A program made the translations under genes and the position numbers. A stretch of 64,000 bases of DNA from Ostreococcus lucimarinus (Eukaryota), in NCBI GenBank assembly GCA_000092065.1, contig CP000584.1; one strand, given 5' to 3'. Shown here piece after piece: positions 1-10,258 of this stretch (position 1 is the stretch's first letter; each line of letters begins with the position of its first letter). The notes under the pieces are model-generated. The model was given only the letters and a program-made list of their open reading frames with translations. It was not told where the DNA came from and made no database searches.

Positions 1-160
1 CCGCCATCACCGCCACCATCACCACCGCCACCGTCACCACCGCCATCACCACCACCACCGCCGCCGCCGCCGTCCCCGCCGCCGCCGCCGCCTTCACCGC
101 CGCCGCCGCCGCCGTCGCCACCGCCGTCGCCGCCGTCGCCGCCGCCGCCGCCCCCTGCGA
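1..160 (+). repeat. CCN-rich coding microsatellite tract (CCG/CCA/TCA)n encoding (P3-7 S)n.
   Basis: Direct reading of nt 1-160. In frame with gene 1. Confidence 0.9.
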
Positions 161-3100
161 AAGCTATCAGAGGTAACAGCGTCGATTGGACGGTGAAGAA
201 GAACGTCGATAGTACCTCATCGGGGGGAGTTTTCTTGGTCGGATGGAATTCGAAGGGTGCTGCAGTGAGCGCGCGGGCGATCCATTCGTCCTCAAATGTC
301 ACTCGAGGGATATCTGCAACTTTGGAACGTGGGCCTTATTCAATGGGTCACACTTGCGTAGGTCTGACGAGCTCTGCGGATCGCGAGACGGTTGATAGTT
401 CTAACATCGATTTCGCCATGTGTTGCGAATGGGGTTATCTTGGTGTTTTTGAAAAGGGATCGCGCAAATGGCGTGCTAGTGGAAACTTGCAGGATAGTTG
501 TTCACAAACGGACACGCTACAAATCGTCGTGAACGATGGGGATGGCGCGATCGAGTACTTCAAGAATCGGCGTCGCGTGTATACCAGTCAACGGACACCT
601 CAGTATCCGCTTCACGCAGACGCTGAAGTCTATTTCGGAAGACTGGGTGAAGTTGTTTGGATTGAACGAATTCCATCACCGCCTCCTTCTCCTCCTCCAC
701 CGCCTTCACCGCCGCCGCCACCATCACCGCCCCCGCCGCCCCCGCCTTCACCGCCGCCATTGCATCAGTTTACATCCGCGGATGTAGATCCACGCATCAA
801 CACGGCCGCGGCTATTCCGCACATCACACGCGAGGAGTTCGAGGATTTCATCGAAAATATAACAGGCTTCCCTAATTTGGGACACGCCATCGTGATGGAT
901 GAAATCTGGCAGTATATCGACGACGACGGGGACGGTGTTTTGAGTGAGATTGAGTTCCAGCACGCGTCTTACAAAATGCACACTCACGAGCTGTACGTTG
1001 ATCCCATCATCGTCTACCCCAGCCGCTCGATAAAACATCGCTACGGCTTCAAGGTTTCCAAATCAGTCAGGAGTGATTCTAGTGCCTGCGTGGGTGACGC
1101 CGTATCTTACGACGGTCCCTCTGCGTCGCTTGGTTCGTGCGAATTGACTTCGGAGAAGGAGCCTGTAGAGATTACATTATGGGGAAATGGTTTTGCTGGC
1201 ACACCGTCGACGACCACTATTTACAGCTTGGGAGCTTCCAAGAATGGAGACACTACGTACATCGCGAGCGCGCGCGTTTCTGTCGGCACCTGGTTCACGT
1301 ACAACGTGTGTGCGGTGATAAAGTTTCGCGTGATAAAGAAAGATGGTCAGTGCTCGATCGTCGTTGACCAAGTTCATAAGATGTGGCCAAGCCTGGTGTC
1401 TTCGAAATGTGGCATCACGCCACCCATCTATGACAGATGGAGCCGCTACATGGTTGCATCCGTTGCGACGTCGGCGACGAACGGCTTTGCTGGCATGAAA
1501 TCTTCTATGTTCAAGAGCTGCGCTGCGAGTTGTGAGAATGCGATTCTACTTCGACACAATAAAACTGTGCCGTACAATACATCTGAGTGGCGAAATTATT
1601 ACGAGTCTCTAGTAAAACGAGACATGGAGCCGACTACTCACGTCGACTGCTCTCACCGAGAAGACATGGTTGTGCTCGGCAGAGAAGAGGACACGCTCGC
1701 CATGCCCATGGTGCTCTCATCCATGGCTAGGAAGCAATGGCTTCTTGACCTCGATTCGGCGCGGCGAAAGCAGAGTACCAGTGAGAATGTCACCAAATTG
1801 CTCGGCACCATGCACTCCAATTTTGCCATCAGTTCAGATTTATGGCTGCCGGATATTGTACACGTGTTTGACAAAATTCCAAAGCCTGAAAATGCTTCTT
1901 CGGGTCCATCCAAGGAGGATGAAATTCACGTGGTGGATAACGATCTCGGGAATTCTTTCTCAAACTTTGCGCGTATAGAAGTAAACCGACTCCAACTTGA
2001 ACACAAGCGCATTGGAGAAAAAACATTTACAGATGACACCGCCGCTGTGGTCAAAGGCGCTATTCTTTTCCCACAGCATCTCACGGGCGGCAGTCCAAAC
2101 TGTGGATTGTTTGAAGCCATGATTCGTGTTTACGACGTGGAAGAAGACGGCGAGCCAGATGTATACTTGACTGAAGAAGATGGCTCGTTCGAGATGGCTT
2201 TAACGCGTGGAAAGACCTTCAGAATTGAAGCCTTTTATGAAGGACACACCATTTGCTACGCCGGAAGTCAGCCTCAAGACGCGACGTCACCCAATGGCTA
2301 TGATTTCGAAGGAGGACAGCAGGCGTGTGTCAAGACGACCCACACGCTCGCTCGTGTCGGCGATGGCAACTTTTTATACTTTACAGATATTACGCGCGGA
2401 AATATTGACCTTGGTTTGTATGCGGGAGAATGCGAAGAAAGGTACACGGGCGAAGATGTCAAGTTTAGGGTAACGCCCGTCAACGGCTGTCATAAACCCG
2501 TCATCGTTTCCGAAACCGACATCAACGAGCGATGGCATACGATTGAGGATATCCTACCGGAAGGCCAGCAGGTTGGCGACAACGCCCGCGTGTGGAAATT
2601 CGCGGCGATGGATTACTCCATCACGCTAGCGAGTGGTTCCGACATCAGTAGAGTTACCGAAAAAGCGTGTCCAGACGAGGCATGCCCAGATTACTGGGAT
2701 GGATGTCAAGTCGAGCCAGACGACATGCGTCAATTTTTCCGCAATCGAAACTCACTCGAAAGACTTGCGCTGATGAGAGATGAATTTGCGTGGAATTCCA
2801 TCAGGTACAAGTATCACGGATATATCTGCGCACAAATAATGGACATTCCTCGAATCACTGATAACGAGCTCAGACTCGAGACTTGCGTAGGCAACTTAAC
2901 TTCCGGAATGTTGACAGAGAAGCATTTACTGGGTTCGTCTGATCACGACACAATCAGCGTCGCCGCTGACAAATCGTTGAGGGTGAAGGTGTTTGAACTT
3001 CACGATCTCACACCGAATGCCGCAGATGCCCCATTTAAATGCACAAAGTTTCCAAATACGCAAAGTCGCACGGGAAACACGAAATTTTCCGTTCGACAGA

Positions 3101-6100
3101 CTGTCACAAATGAAGAAGATAACGTGTGTCATCCAAATCGCGGGGGTGGGCCCCTGTGCGATTTTGAAGTTAATATATCAACGGCTGACGTCGGCAAACT
3201 CATCTTTCCGACGGAAGAAGATACGGATCAGGAAACTACCCAAATGGTCATTGCCGCGGGGTATCCAAACCTTGCAAACCCGTATCGACGAGAAGTCACG
3301 ATCACTGTGACACGCGACGATACACCCTTGGACGGTGGTCTTGGGCGATCGCTGCAAGCAACGATGACGCGAGTACTTATCCCATTGGGCTCCAAGCCAC
3401 GAGGAGGATTTGACACGGGAGATGACACCTTGTGGGCGACAGTGCCTATTGATGGATTGGTATACACAGTGGTGCACGATCCGCCAGGTGGTAATTCTGT
3501 AGCCGAGCTGCAATCTGGATCTGAGATTACGATTCAGTGGGAAATCGCTTCAGCTCGCTCTGTGAAAGTTGGCAGATCGATCGAGCTCAACCTCGGTTTC
3601 GCAGGTAAAACTACGTTTGATCTAGGCTTTAACGCCGGTTACACCGCAGAGGCTGCTACAAAATCGAGCGTTCTCACGTTGGAGACGGAGAAAGATTTCG
3701 GACACAAAGAATCTGGTCCACACTTCACCGCGAAGGCGACGTCCGAAGAAGTGTGGGAGACGACGGTTACGATGGATCGACACATCCGGAGCAGCGACGA
3801 TGAAGGCACACCTGGACGTCCGGGCGACGTCATTTTAGGAGGTGGTATCGAACTCGTGTACAAGGTATCAGATACGCTCGACGTAGGTACTGTTGACGAC
3901 TGCTTAACTACGGGTGTTGGTATAACCTGGTTACCGCGTCGACCAACCTCTTACGTGTTCAACGTCTTTTCCATCGAGTCTCAAGTGCTGCCGAATCTCT
4001 ACTTTCTGTATACTGTCGCCAAGTCTGGCGAAAATACGGCGAAGACACCGTCAGATAGAATCGTCAAGGATGGATCGGGTATGCGATATGAGTGCGCGTC
4101 ATCGCCGTGCTCTAACTCAGAAATGAATCAACATTGGGCAAGCTACATACTGAGACGAATCCATACGTGGAAGCGAACGTTGCTTTGGTCCTCGCCCGAA
4201 GTTTACTGGATGCCAAAGGGTGCGAGTTATGAAAAGAACTACAAAGCATACGATCGCATCAATGAACCGTACATCGATTCACGTTCCCTCTTTGAACGGC
4301 GCATGTCATCCGCGTTGGCACAGCGTGATTCCAAGCGTGATCCATCGATTCTGAGGGTTGCATTCGAGCTGAGTAAAATGTGGTACGAGCAATCCCTCCT
4401 CAGTGTGGGTGACAGAGGCATGCTTCGTTCGAAACCTCACATCCCTGCTTTATTTCTCACTGCAGGACTGGAAATTCCGAGACTAGCACCATTTCTCGAA
4501 AATTCACGAGCAGCGTCTTTTGCTTCGATCGCGTACCCACGTTCGTCAAAGGGTGCGTGGTCATTCGATGAAGTGGTAAATGACCAAACAAACATCGGAA
4601 TGTACTCTTTTGGGATGAACGAAGTCGCCGCTCGTGACCTCGATGCGCAGGTCAAGAAGTGCGACGGTGTACTGTGCGAGACCAGTGGAGAATTCGACGC
4701 CGCACCACATGACGTGTTGTACGGAGGATCACTGAACGCCATGGGTGAGACCGGCGACCTTCGCGCCACGGACCCTTCGCGCTTAATGGCGTCTCTTACT
4801 GGGACTCCTGGTCCAACCGGAATGCTTCAAAAGGATGCCGTCGCGAGCGGCGGAGAAGAGGAGACGATATACTTAACTTTTGGTGGTGGTGGACATGCGT
4901 TGGAATTCTCTTTCAGCGCAAAGGAGTCCATCAACCGCGATGCATTCGCGTACTCGCTTGACTTTGATGCAAGCGCCGAAAACACAAACAACATGAAGTT
5001 CTCGGGCTCACCAATACCCACCATCGAGTTTAATCGAGCGACAGACATCGCCAGAACGCTGTCCACGGATCGTATCTTTGCGTGGAACAAGTACGGAACG
5101 ATGACGACGGTGTATTCTCTCGCGGATCCAGATTATGGCGATAAATTTGTTCTGAAAGTCGGAAGCGATGCGCGATTCGGCACACCGCTCTTCATGACAA
5201 TGGGCGGTAGATCCATGTGTCCCGGCGAATTGACGACGATGTGGCGCGAATCGGGAAATATCATTGAAAGACCTCGTTCGTTATCCTTTGGTACGCTCCC
5301 GCTGAACCCAGGAGAGCGCGCTGTTCACGAAATAACTATTCAGAATGAATCTCCATACAGAGAAGCCCGACCGCTGTATTTACGTATCGTTGATGGACAC
5401 TCAGAGTCGTTACGATCGCTGGTGCGCGCAGCGCTGAACATCATCAAGGATGATGAATCAGCTTCGGCACAACATGTAGCCACAGTTGTCACGAACACTG
5501 CTGCAAACTCAGTAGCTTCGGCATCCCTGTCCATGGCCACTGTCATAGAGAAAGTTGAAGAGGCAGCTGGCAGCGGCGACGCGACTGCCCTGAGTGTTAT
5601 GCAAGTCGTCGTCGCCGAAGTCGAGAGCGTCAGTAAATCGGCTATGACGCCGTTACAGGATGTAGAGATTACCGTGAACGGCAAGAAGGTGGTACCTGTC
5701 GCTGAGTGGCTTCCTTTGAAGCATGTCATCGGCGATGCTCTTGAATCACAACGGACCGTTCACAAGACTGTGTTCAACTTGGGTTTCAAGCCAACGGAAA
5801 CCTCGCATCCTATCATTGAACACATTCAAGTTGAAATTGGATCTCTGTGCGAAATGCAAATCTCATATGATGGAGCTGGTCTGTATCGCGATCCAATCGC
5901 CGTCAAGGCTCAACTTGAAAAGATGCGATGGGAATCCAAGTGTCCGAGCGTGACGTTTTCCAAGTCCACCGTCATTGACAGTGAAATCACGCGCGCAAAC
6001 GCGACTGCGCCGCCGCTTCGTTTGGTGGTGGTCAATCCCGATTCTGGAAACTTGTGGGATCCTAGCAGCGCCAGTAGACTCGAAAAGGTTGTCGTACAGT

Positions 6101-7371
6101 ACAGACCGCTTTCGGGTGGCGAATGGATTACTGCGAAGGAGGATCATGTGAAGTACAAAGACGACTCGTACAAGAAAAATCTCATCTGCGAACATTCTCG
6201 AACGAGCGGATGCACGTGGGACTGGGATTTGAACAACAAATACGACAAGTTACTCAGCGGATACAAGGACGGTGCGTACGAGGTTCGCGTTAAAAACTTT
6301 TGCTCGGGCGGTGACGCTTTCGCCGCGACCGAGGTGCACGAGTACGTCGGCGATAAGACGCTATTACTCTTCACGGATACGAAAAACCCGCTCGTCGAGC
6401 AGCACGTGTCGTCACCCGCGGCGCGCACCGTCACCATCGTGTACGCGGAGGAAATCGATTGCGCAGATCCACCGACCTTCGAAGTGGCGCAAACTCACGA
6501 CGAATCCTGCGTCGCCGTCGCGGGCGATGGCACAGTCAGCGCGGCTATCATTCGTGAGTCTTACGAGCAAACGTGCCTCAACACCGGCGTTCAAGGAAAG
6601 TGGATGATGCAATATCCCAACAATGAGGATGCTCCGAATCCTGGATTGTACAGAGTCACCGTCAGAGACATACGTGACAAAGCCGGTAACCCTTTCGTCG
6701 GCGATTTGACGATAAACTACGTCGTGGGTGACGTCGTCGATGACTGTGACATTTTGAAAGCATCCAAAGATGACCTCACCCCGCTCATCGGTTTGGGAAA
6801 TTTCGCCGATGTTCAAGGCAATACCATCTGGGGGGTGTACTCTAAAAATATCGACTGTCGCTCGCAGCGAGTCACCATCACGAAGAGTTTTGATCAATCG
6901 TGCCGATCCACGAGCACAGAAATTGGCACAACCAACTTCACGCTTGCGTGCGTGAACGTCGGCGGAACGGGACAATGGATCATGAAATATCCTGAAGATC
7001 TGGAATCTGGAGTTTACACCGTGCGAGTTCAAGGCGTGAAAGATCGCACTGGTCACGAAGCGTCTTCTTTCATTCGCAAGTTTACAACGCTTCATAACTC
7101 GGATGGAACGTTGAACGAATGCGACGACGCGTCCGCCTCTTTTGCCATCGGACTTGGGCGGATGCGTCGTCGACGTCTCGCTCCGAGCGCGTCCGCGACA
7201 AAGACGTCCACAAACTTGATTCTGTCCGATCTCGCCATCGTCGTGTTCGCTATCTGCGCGCTCGTGATGATCATCAAGAAAAGAATCGCGCTGCCCGCGG
7301 ATGAGAGTGAGCTGCGCGAACGCGAAGCCTTCGACAAGGTGGACATTCCGCGCTATGGTTCATCTTTGTGA
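1..7371 (+). CDS. Giant secreted or type-I membrane protein, 5'-partial (reading frame 1 is open from nt 1; at least 2456 codons). Extensin-like (S)P3-7 tracts, one canonical EF-hand loop, two tandem ~95-aa Cys-containing Ig-like repeats near the C-terminus, a single C-terminal TM helix and a short basic tail.
   Basis: ORF track 193..7371 (2392 aa); the same frame has no stop back to nt 1 and encodes PPSPPPSPPPP repeats from nt 1. Second Pro tract PSPPPSPPPPPSPPPPPSPPPPPPPSPPP at ~664-765. EF-hand loop DDDGDGVLSEIEF. C-terminal hydrophobic segment LILSDLAIVVFAICALVMII followed by KKRIALP. Repeated G-Y-V-(V/R)-V-D-AGN-like motifs. No antisense competitor of comparable quality. Confidence 0.8.
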   Translation, partial: PPSPPPSPPPPSPPPSPPPPPPPPSPPPPPPSPPPPPPSPPPSPPSPPPPPPAKAIRGNSVDWTVKKNVDSTSSGGVFLVGWNSKGAAVSARAIHSSSNVTRGISATLERGPYSMGHTCVGLTSSADRETVDSSNIDFAMCCEWGYLGVFEKGSRKWRASGNLQDSCSQTDTLQIVVNDGDGAIEYFKNRRRVYTSQRTPQYPLHADAEVYFGRLGEVVWIERIPSPPPSPPPPPSPPPPPSPPPPPPPSPPPLHQFTSADVDPRINTAAAIPHITREEFEDFIENITGFPNLGHAIVMDEIWQYIDDDGDGVLSEIEFQHASYKMHTHELYVDPIIVYPSRSIKHRYGFKVSKSVRSDSSACVGDAVSYDGPSASLGSCELTSEKEPVEITLWGNGFAGTPSTTTIYSLGASKNGDTTYIASARVSVGTWFTYNVCAVIKFRVIKKDGQCSIVVDQVHKMWPSLVSSKCGITPPIYDRWSRYMVASVATSATNGFAGMKSSMFKSCAASCENAILLRHNKTVPYNTSEWRNYYESLVKRDMEPTTHVDCSHREDMVVLGREEDTLAMPMVLSSMARKQWLLDLDSARRKQSTSENVTKLLGTMHSNFAISSDLWLPDIVHVFDKIPKPENASSGPSKEDEIHVVDNDLGNSFSNFARIEVNRLQLEHKRIGEKTFTDDTAAVVKGAILFPQHLTGGSPNCGLFEAMIRVYDVEEDGEPDVYLTEEDGSFEMALTRGKTFRIEAFYEGHTICYAGSQPQDATSPNGYDFEGGQQACVKTTHTLARVGDGNFLYFTDITRGNIDLGLYAGECEERYTGEDVKFRVTPVNGCHKPVIVSETDINERWHTIEDILPEGQQVGDNARVWKFAAMDYSITLASGSDISRVTEKACPDEACPDYWDGCQVEPDDMRQFFRNRNSLERLALMRDEFAWNSIRYKYHGYICAQIMDIPRITDNELRLETCVGNLTSGMLTEKHLLGSSDHDTISVAADKSLRVKVFELHDLTPNAADAPFKCTKFPNTQSRTGNTKFSVRQTVTNEEDNVCHPNRGGGPLCDFEVNISTADVGKLIFPTEEDTDQETTQMVIAAGYPNLANPYRREVTITVTRDDTPLDGGLGRSLQATMTRVLIPLGSKPRGGFDTGDDTLWATVPIDGLVYTVVHDPPGGNSVAELQSGSEITIQWEIASARSVKVGRSIELNLGFAGKTTFDLGFNAGYTAEAATKSSVLTLETEKDFGHKESGPHFTAKATSEEVWETTVTMDRHIRSSDDEGTPGRPGDVILGGGIELVYKVSDTLDVGTVDDCLTTGVGITWLPRRPTSYVFNVFSIESQVLPNLYFLYTVAKSGENTAKTPSDRIVKDGSGMRYECASSPCSNSEMNQHWASYILRRIHTWKRTLLWSSPEVYWMPKGASYEKNYKAYDRINEPYIDSRSLFERRMSSALAQRDSKRDPSILRVAFELSKMWYEQSLLSVGDRGMLRSKPHIPALFLTAGLEIPRLAPFLENSRAASFASIAYPRSSKGAWSFDEVVNDQTNIGMYSFGMNEVAARDLDAQVKKCDGVLCETSGEFDAAPHDVLYGGSLNAMGETGDLRATDPSRLMASLTGTPGPTGMLQKDAVASGGEEETIYLTFGGGGHALEFSFSAKESINRDAFAYSLDFDASAENTNNMKFSGSPIPTIEFNRATDIARTLSTDRIFAWNKYGTMTTVYSLADPDYGDKFVLKVGSDARFGTPLFMTMGGRSMCPGELTTMWRESGNIIERPRSLSFGTLPLNPGERAVHEITIQNESPYREARPLYLRIVDGHSESLRSLVRAALNIIKDDESASAQHVATVVTNTAANSVASASLSMATVIEKVEEAAGSGDATALSVMQVVVAEVESVSKSAMTPLQDVEITVNGKKVVPVAEWLPLKHVIGDALESQRTVHKTVFNLGFKPTETSHPIIEHIQVEIGSLCEMQISYDGAGLYRDPIAVKAQLEKMRWESKCPSVTFSKSTVIDSEITRANATAPPLRLVVVNPDSGNLWDPSSASRLEKVVVQYRPLSGGEWITAKEDHVKYKDDSYKKNLICEHSRTSGCTWDWDLNNKYDKLLSGYKDGAYEVRVKNFCSGGDAFAATEVHEYVGDKTLLLFTDTKNPLVEQHVSSPAARTVTIVYAEEIDCADPPTFEVAQTHDESCVAVAGDGTVSAAIIRESYEQTCLNTGVQGKWMMQYPNNEDAPNPGLYRVTVRDIRDKAGNPFVGDLTINYVVGDVVDDCDILKASKDDLTPLIGLGNFADVQGNTIWGVYSKNIDCRSQRVTITKSFDQSCRSTSTEIGTTNFTLACVNVGGTGQWIMKYPEDLESGVYTVRVQGVKDRTGHEASSFIRKFTTLHNSDGTLNECDDASASFAIGLGRMRRRRLAPSASATKTSTNLILSDLAIVVFAICALVMIIKKRIALPADESELREREAFDKVDIPRYGSSL

Positions 7372-7653
7372 TTCCACCGCGCGAATTGACCGTCGGCGAC
7401 AAAGTCGAGAAACCGACGAACCTACGTCGCCGTCACTTTTTGACAATTTTGATTTACTCCTTTTCTCTATGTTCGAGTCGCCGCCGTTCGACCTCGCGTC
7501 TCGCCTCCTTCGCGCGCCGTCGCCCCGGGAGTCACCGCCGTCGTTTGGCGAAATCTCGCGCCGTCGAGCGTTTTGAGCGTTTTTCGCCGCGCGCGACCGC
7601 CTCGACCGCCGCGCCCTCGGCCGCGCGAGCGCGCGACGCGCGGCGAGGGCGAC

Positions 7654-9631
7654 ATGGCGGCGACGCGCGAGGACGACGGCGACGTTGAGGCGCGGCTGCG
7701 CGCGCGCTGGGCGGCGGACGGACGCAAAAACCCCGACGTCGAGGACGCGCTGCGGCGCGTGGGGATCGCGAAGGCGCGCGAGCGACGGTGCGTCCGCGCC
7801 GCGCGGGCGACGACGACGACGGCGACGAGCGATGCGCGAACGACACTAACGCTCGTTTATGCGACGCAGGGCGATGATGGCGCGAGCAAAGAATGTGGAG
7901 TTGCGCTCGAGCGAGGACGTCGGCGCGGCGAAGACGTACGAGGAGGCGGCGCCGCGCGCGGACACGCCGCCCAAGCGCGAACGGAGCGTGGAGGCGGCGA
8001 GTGAGTCGGCGGCGGACGAAGAGGCAACGCGTAAAGAAGCGATGCTCATCGAAACGTTCGATTCATCGCGGGCACCGAGGGGCCGAGGCGAAGGCGTCGC
8101 GGGGTCTCGTCGAGCGACGCCGAACGCGTCGATTGACGAACGCGCGCCAGGCGCGGGATTGCGGCTGAAAGGGAACGAAGCGATGAAGTGCGGCGATTTT
8201 GCACTCGCACAGGCGTTATACGGCGAAGCGCTGGATGCCGCGCGAGAAGAGGATGCGCATCTTCGAGCGGTGGTGTTTTGTAATCGCGCGTTGGCGTTTC
8301 ACAAGATGAACGAATACGATGCCGCGTTGTGCGACGCCAAGTGCGCGGAAGAGCTCGCGCCGACTTGGAGTAAACCCAAGCATAGACTCGCTGAGGCGTG
8401 TTTACGCCTGGGGTCGTACACTCTCGCCGTCACATACGCGCGTCTGGGCGAAAAACTCCAGTTCGAGGAGGGCGATTTCAGCAAATCGTTTCGCGACGTG
8501 CTGGACGAAATCGCGATTTGCGCCGCGGAGGACGGGTCCGTCGCCGGGTTTGACGGCAAATTAATTTACGTCCGAAGCGCGGGCGAAGACGCATGGCTCG
8601 GACGAGAGGCTCCTTTGAACGCGGCTTTCGATGAGCTAGAAGGCGAAGTCGCGGATCCTATGTTTGGTGGCGGCTCGGCGAAGGACGCGAATTCGATGAA
8701 ACCCGTGCACGCGAGGTCACTTCCGGAGGCAATTTCTAAAGCAAACGACGGTGACCGCATACTCTTACTGCGTGGCGTTCACAACGGGCTCGGAACCGTG
8801 GTTGAGATTGACAAGCGCGTGCTCATACGAGGCGAAGGCGCGCTTCGAGACACGACGTGCGATTGCCGAAACAACGCGGCGTTATTTCGCATCAAGCGTC
8901 CGTGCGTGATTCAAAATCTCGACATCGATTTCACAGGGTTTAGCGAGGCGATTCGCATCAAGGGAGATTCGCGCGTGAACGCGTTGATCGAGAATTGCGT
9001 GATCAGATCGAGCGGCGGCGACTGCGTTGCGGTCGGTGGCAAATCTGCGCCGACATTTCGCAACTGCTCAATCACGGGAAAATTGAGCGGCGTTCGCTCG
9101 TACGCCCAAGCAACGCCGACGTTTATCGATTGCAACATCACGCGCTCGGGATTACAGGGCGTGCTCGCCATGAAGGAATCACGAGTCATCATGCACGGCT
9201 GCGCGGTGCAAAACAACGAAGAAGACGGCGTCGTCGTCATGGAACAGTCCAACGTGGTGATGAGCAAATGCGTCGTACAAGACAACAAAGGCCCGGGCGT
9301 GGACGTTTCGAATACGGCAAAGGTTGTCGTGAACGATTGCGACATCGACGCCAATGTCGGCGGACTGTGGCTGTGGGACCATTCGTGCGCGCACGTCGCC
9401 GCGTCCAGCGTGAACGGGGGCAAATCTCACGCCGTGCTCGTCGACGTCAACGCTCGCGCGAATTGTCGCAGAACCAAAATCATCGGCGTCGTGCACGCGT
9501 CGGAGACGGGCGCGCGGGGCGTTCGGGGCGAAGGCACCGTCGTCGAGACGTTGGAAACGCCCACGTCGCTTCCCCAAGAAGCCAAAGGCGCGTTCAAGCA
9601 CGACCCGTGCGGCTTTTCACGAAAACAATAA
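7654..9631 (+). CDS. TPR-repeat plus right-handed parallel beta-helix (PbH1/CASH-like) protein. Proposed two-exon model join(7654..7787,7870..9631).
   Basis: ORF 7859..9631 contains a TPR-like segment (LRLKGNEAMKCGDFALAQALYGEALDAA...NRALAFHKMNEYDAAL) and about 8 beta-helix rungs (NCVIRSSGGDCVAVGG / NCSITGKLSGV / DCNITRSGLQGV / GCAVQNNEEDGVVV / KCVVQDNKGPGVDV / DCDIDANVGG). The upstream ORF 7573..8004 ends in a GTGCGT donor. A CACTAAC branch and a GACGCAG acceptor join the frames in phase (...AKARER-R-AMMARAKN...). The true ATG is probably 7654 (MAATREDDGD). Confidence 0.65.
7788..7869 (+). other. Putative 82-nt spliceosomal intron (GTGCGT...CACTAAC...GACGCAG) in the TPR/beta-helix gene.
   Basis: The donor GT sits at the third base of an Arg codon. 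The yeast-like branch point CACTAAC lies ~20 nt upstream of the CAG acceptor. Splicing is phase-consistent and links ORF 7573 (frame 1) to ORF 7859 (frame 2). There is no homology support for exon 1. Confidence 0.5.
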
Positions 9632-9676
9632 TCTCACATTCCTCCGCAATCCATCGCCCGCGTTCGCGCGCGCCGC

Positions 9677-10258
9677 CTATTCGTCCCCGAAATCGAACCC
9701 GCCGCTCTCGACGAGTCGCGCTTCGTCGTCCGTCGCCGTCGCCGTCGTCCCCGCGTCGACGTCGATCCTCGCGCGACGTCGTTCGCGCGTCGCGTCTCCC
9801 TCCTCTCGCGCGCGCGTCCGCCTCCGCGCGTCGTCCTCGCGAATCGCGCGCTTCGCCTCCGCGGTTCTCGCCCTCGCCTTCGCGTTCGCGTCGTCGCGTT
9901 CTCGCCGCGCGTCGTCTCGCGCCCTCTCGTTCGCCCTCGCGCTTTCGATCGCCCTCGCGCACGTCTCCGCGAGTCCTTCCCCTCCCGCCCGTCGCGTCCT
10001 CGCCGATTCCTCGCCCCCGTACGCGCGCGCCGCGCCGTCGCCCGCGCGTCCGCGCGACCACGCCGTGTGCGTCGGTTCGCCGTCGCGCGCGGTCGGCATC
10101 GTCGCGCCGCGAAACCCGTGTCGCGCGAGCGCCTCCATCGACACCGCCGCGCGTCGCGCCGTCGCGCCTTTCGTCGTTTTTTCTTCCCCGTCGTCGTCGT
10201 CGTCGTCGTCGTCGTCGCTCGACGTCGCGCCGAGCGCGTCCATGAATTTCGCCGGCAT
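9677..10258 (-). CDS. Low-complexity acidic/basic protein (Asp9 run, R/E/A/D-rich); hypothetical.
   Basis: Minus-strand ORF 9677..10333, trimmed to the internal ATG (MPAKFMDALGATSSDDDDDDDDDGEEK...). GC-ending codons. Convergent with the TPR gene and divergent from the ZZ gene. Could also be a spurious GC-rich ORF. Confidence 0.35.
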   Translation of the reverse strand: MPAKFMDALGATSSDDDDDDDDDGEEKTTKGATARRAAVSMEALARHGFRGATMPTARDGEPTHTAWSRGRAGDGAARAYGGEESARTRRAGGEGLAETCARAIESARANERARDDARRERDDANAKARARTAEAKRAIREDDARRRTRAREEGDATRERRRARIDVDAGTTATATDDEARLVESGGFDFGDE

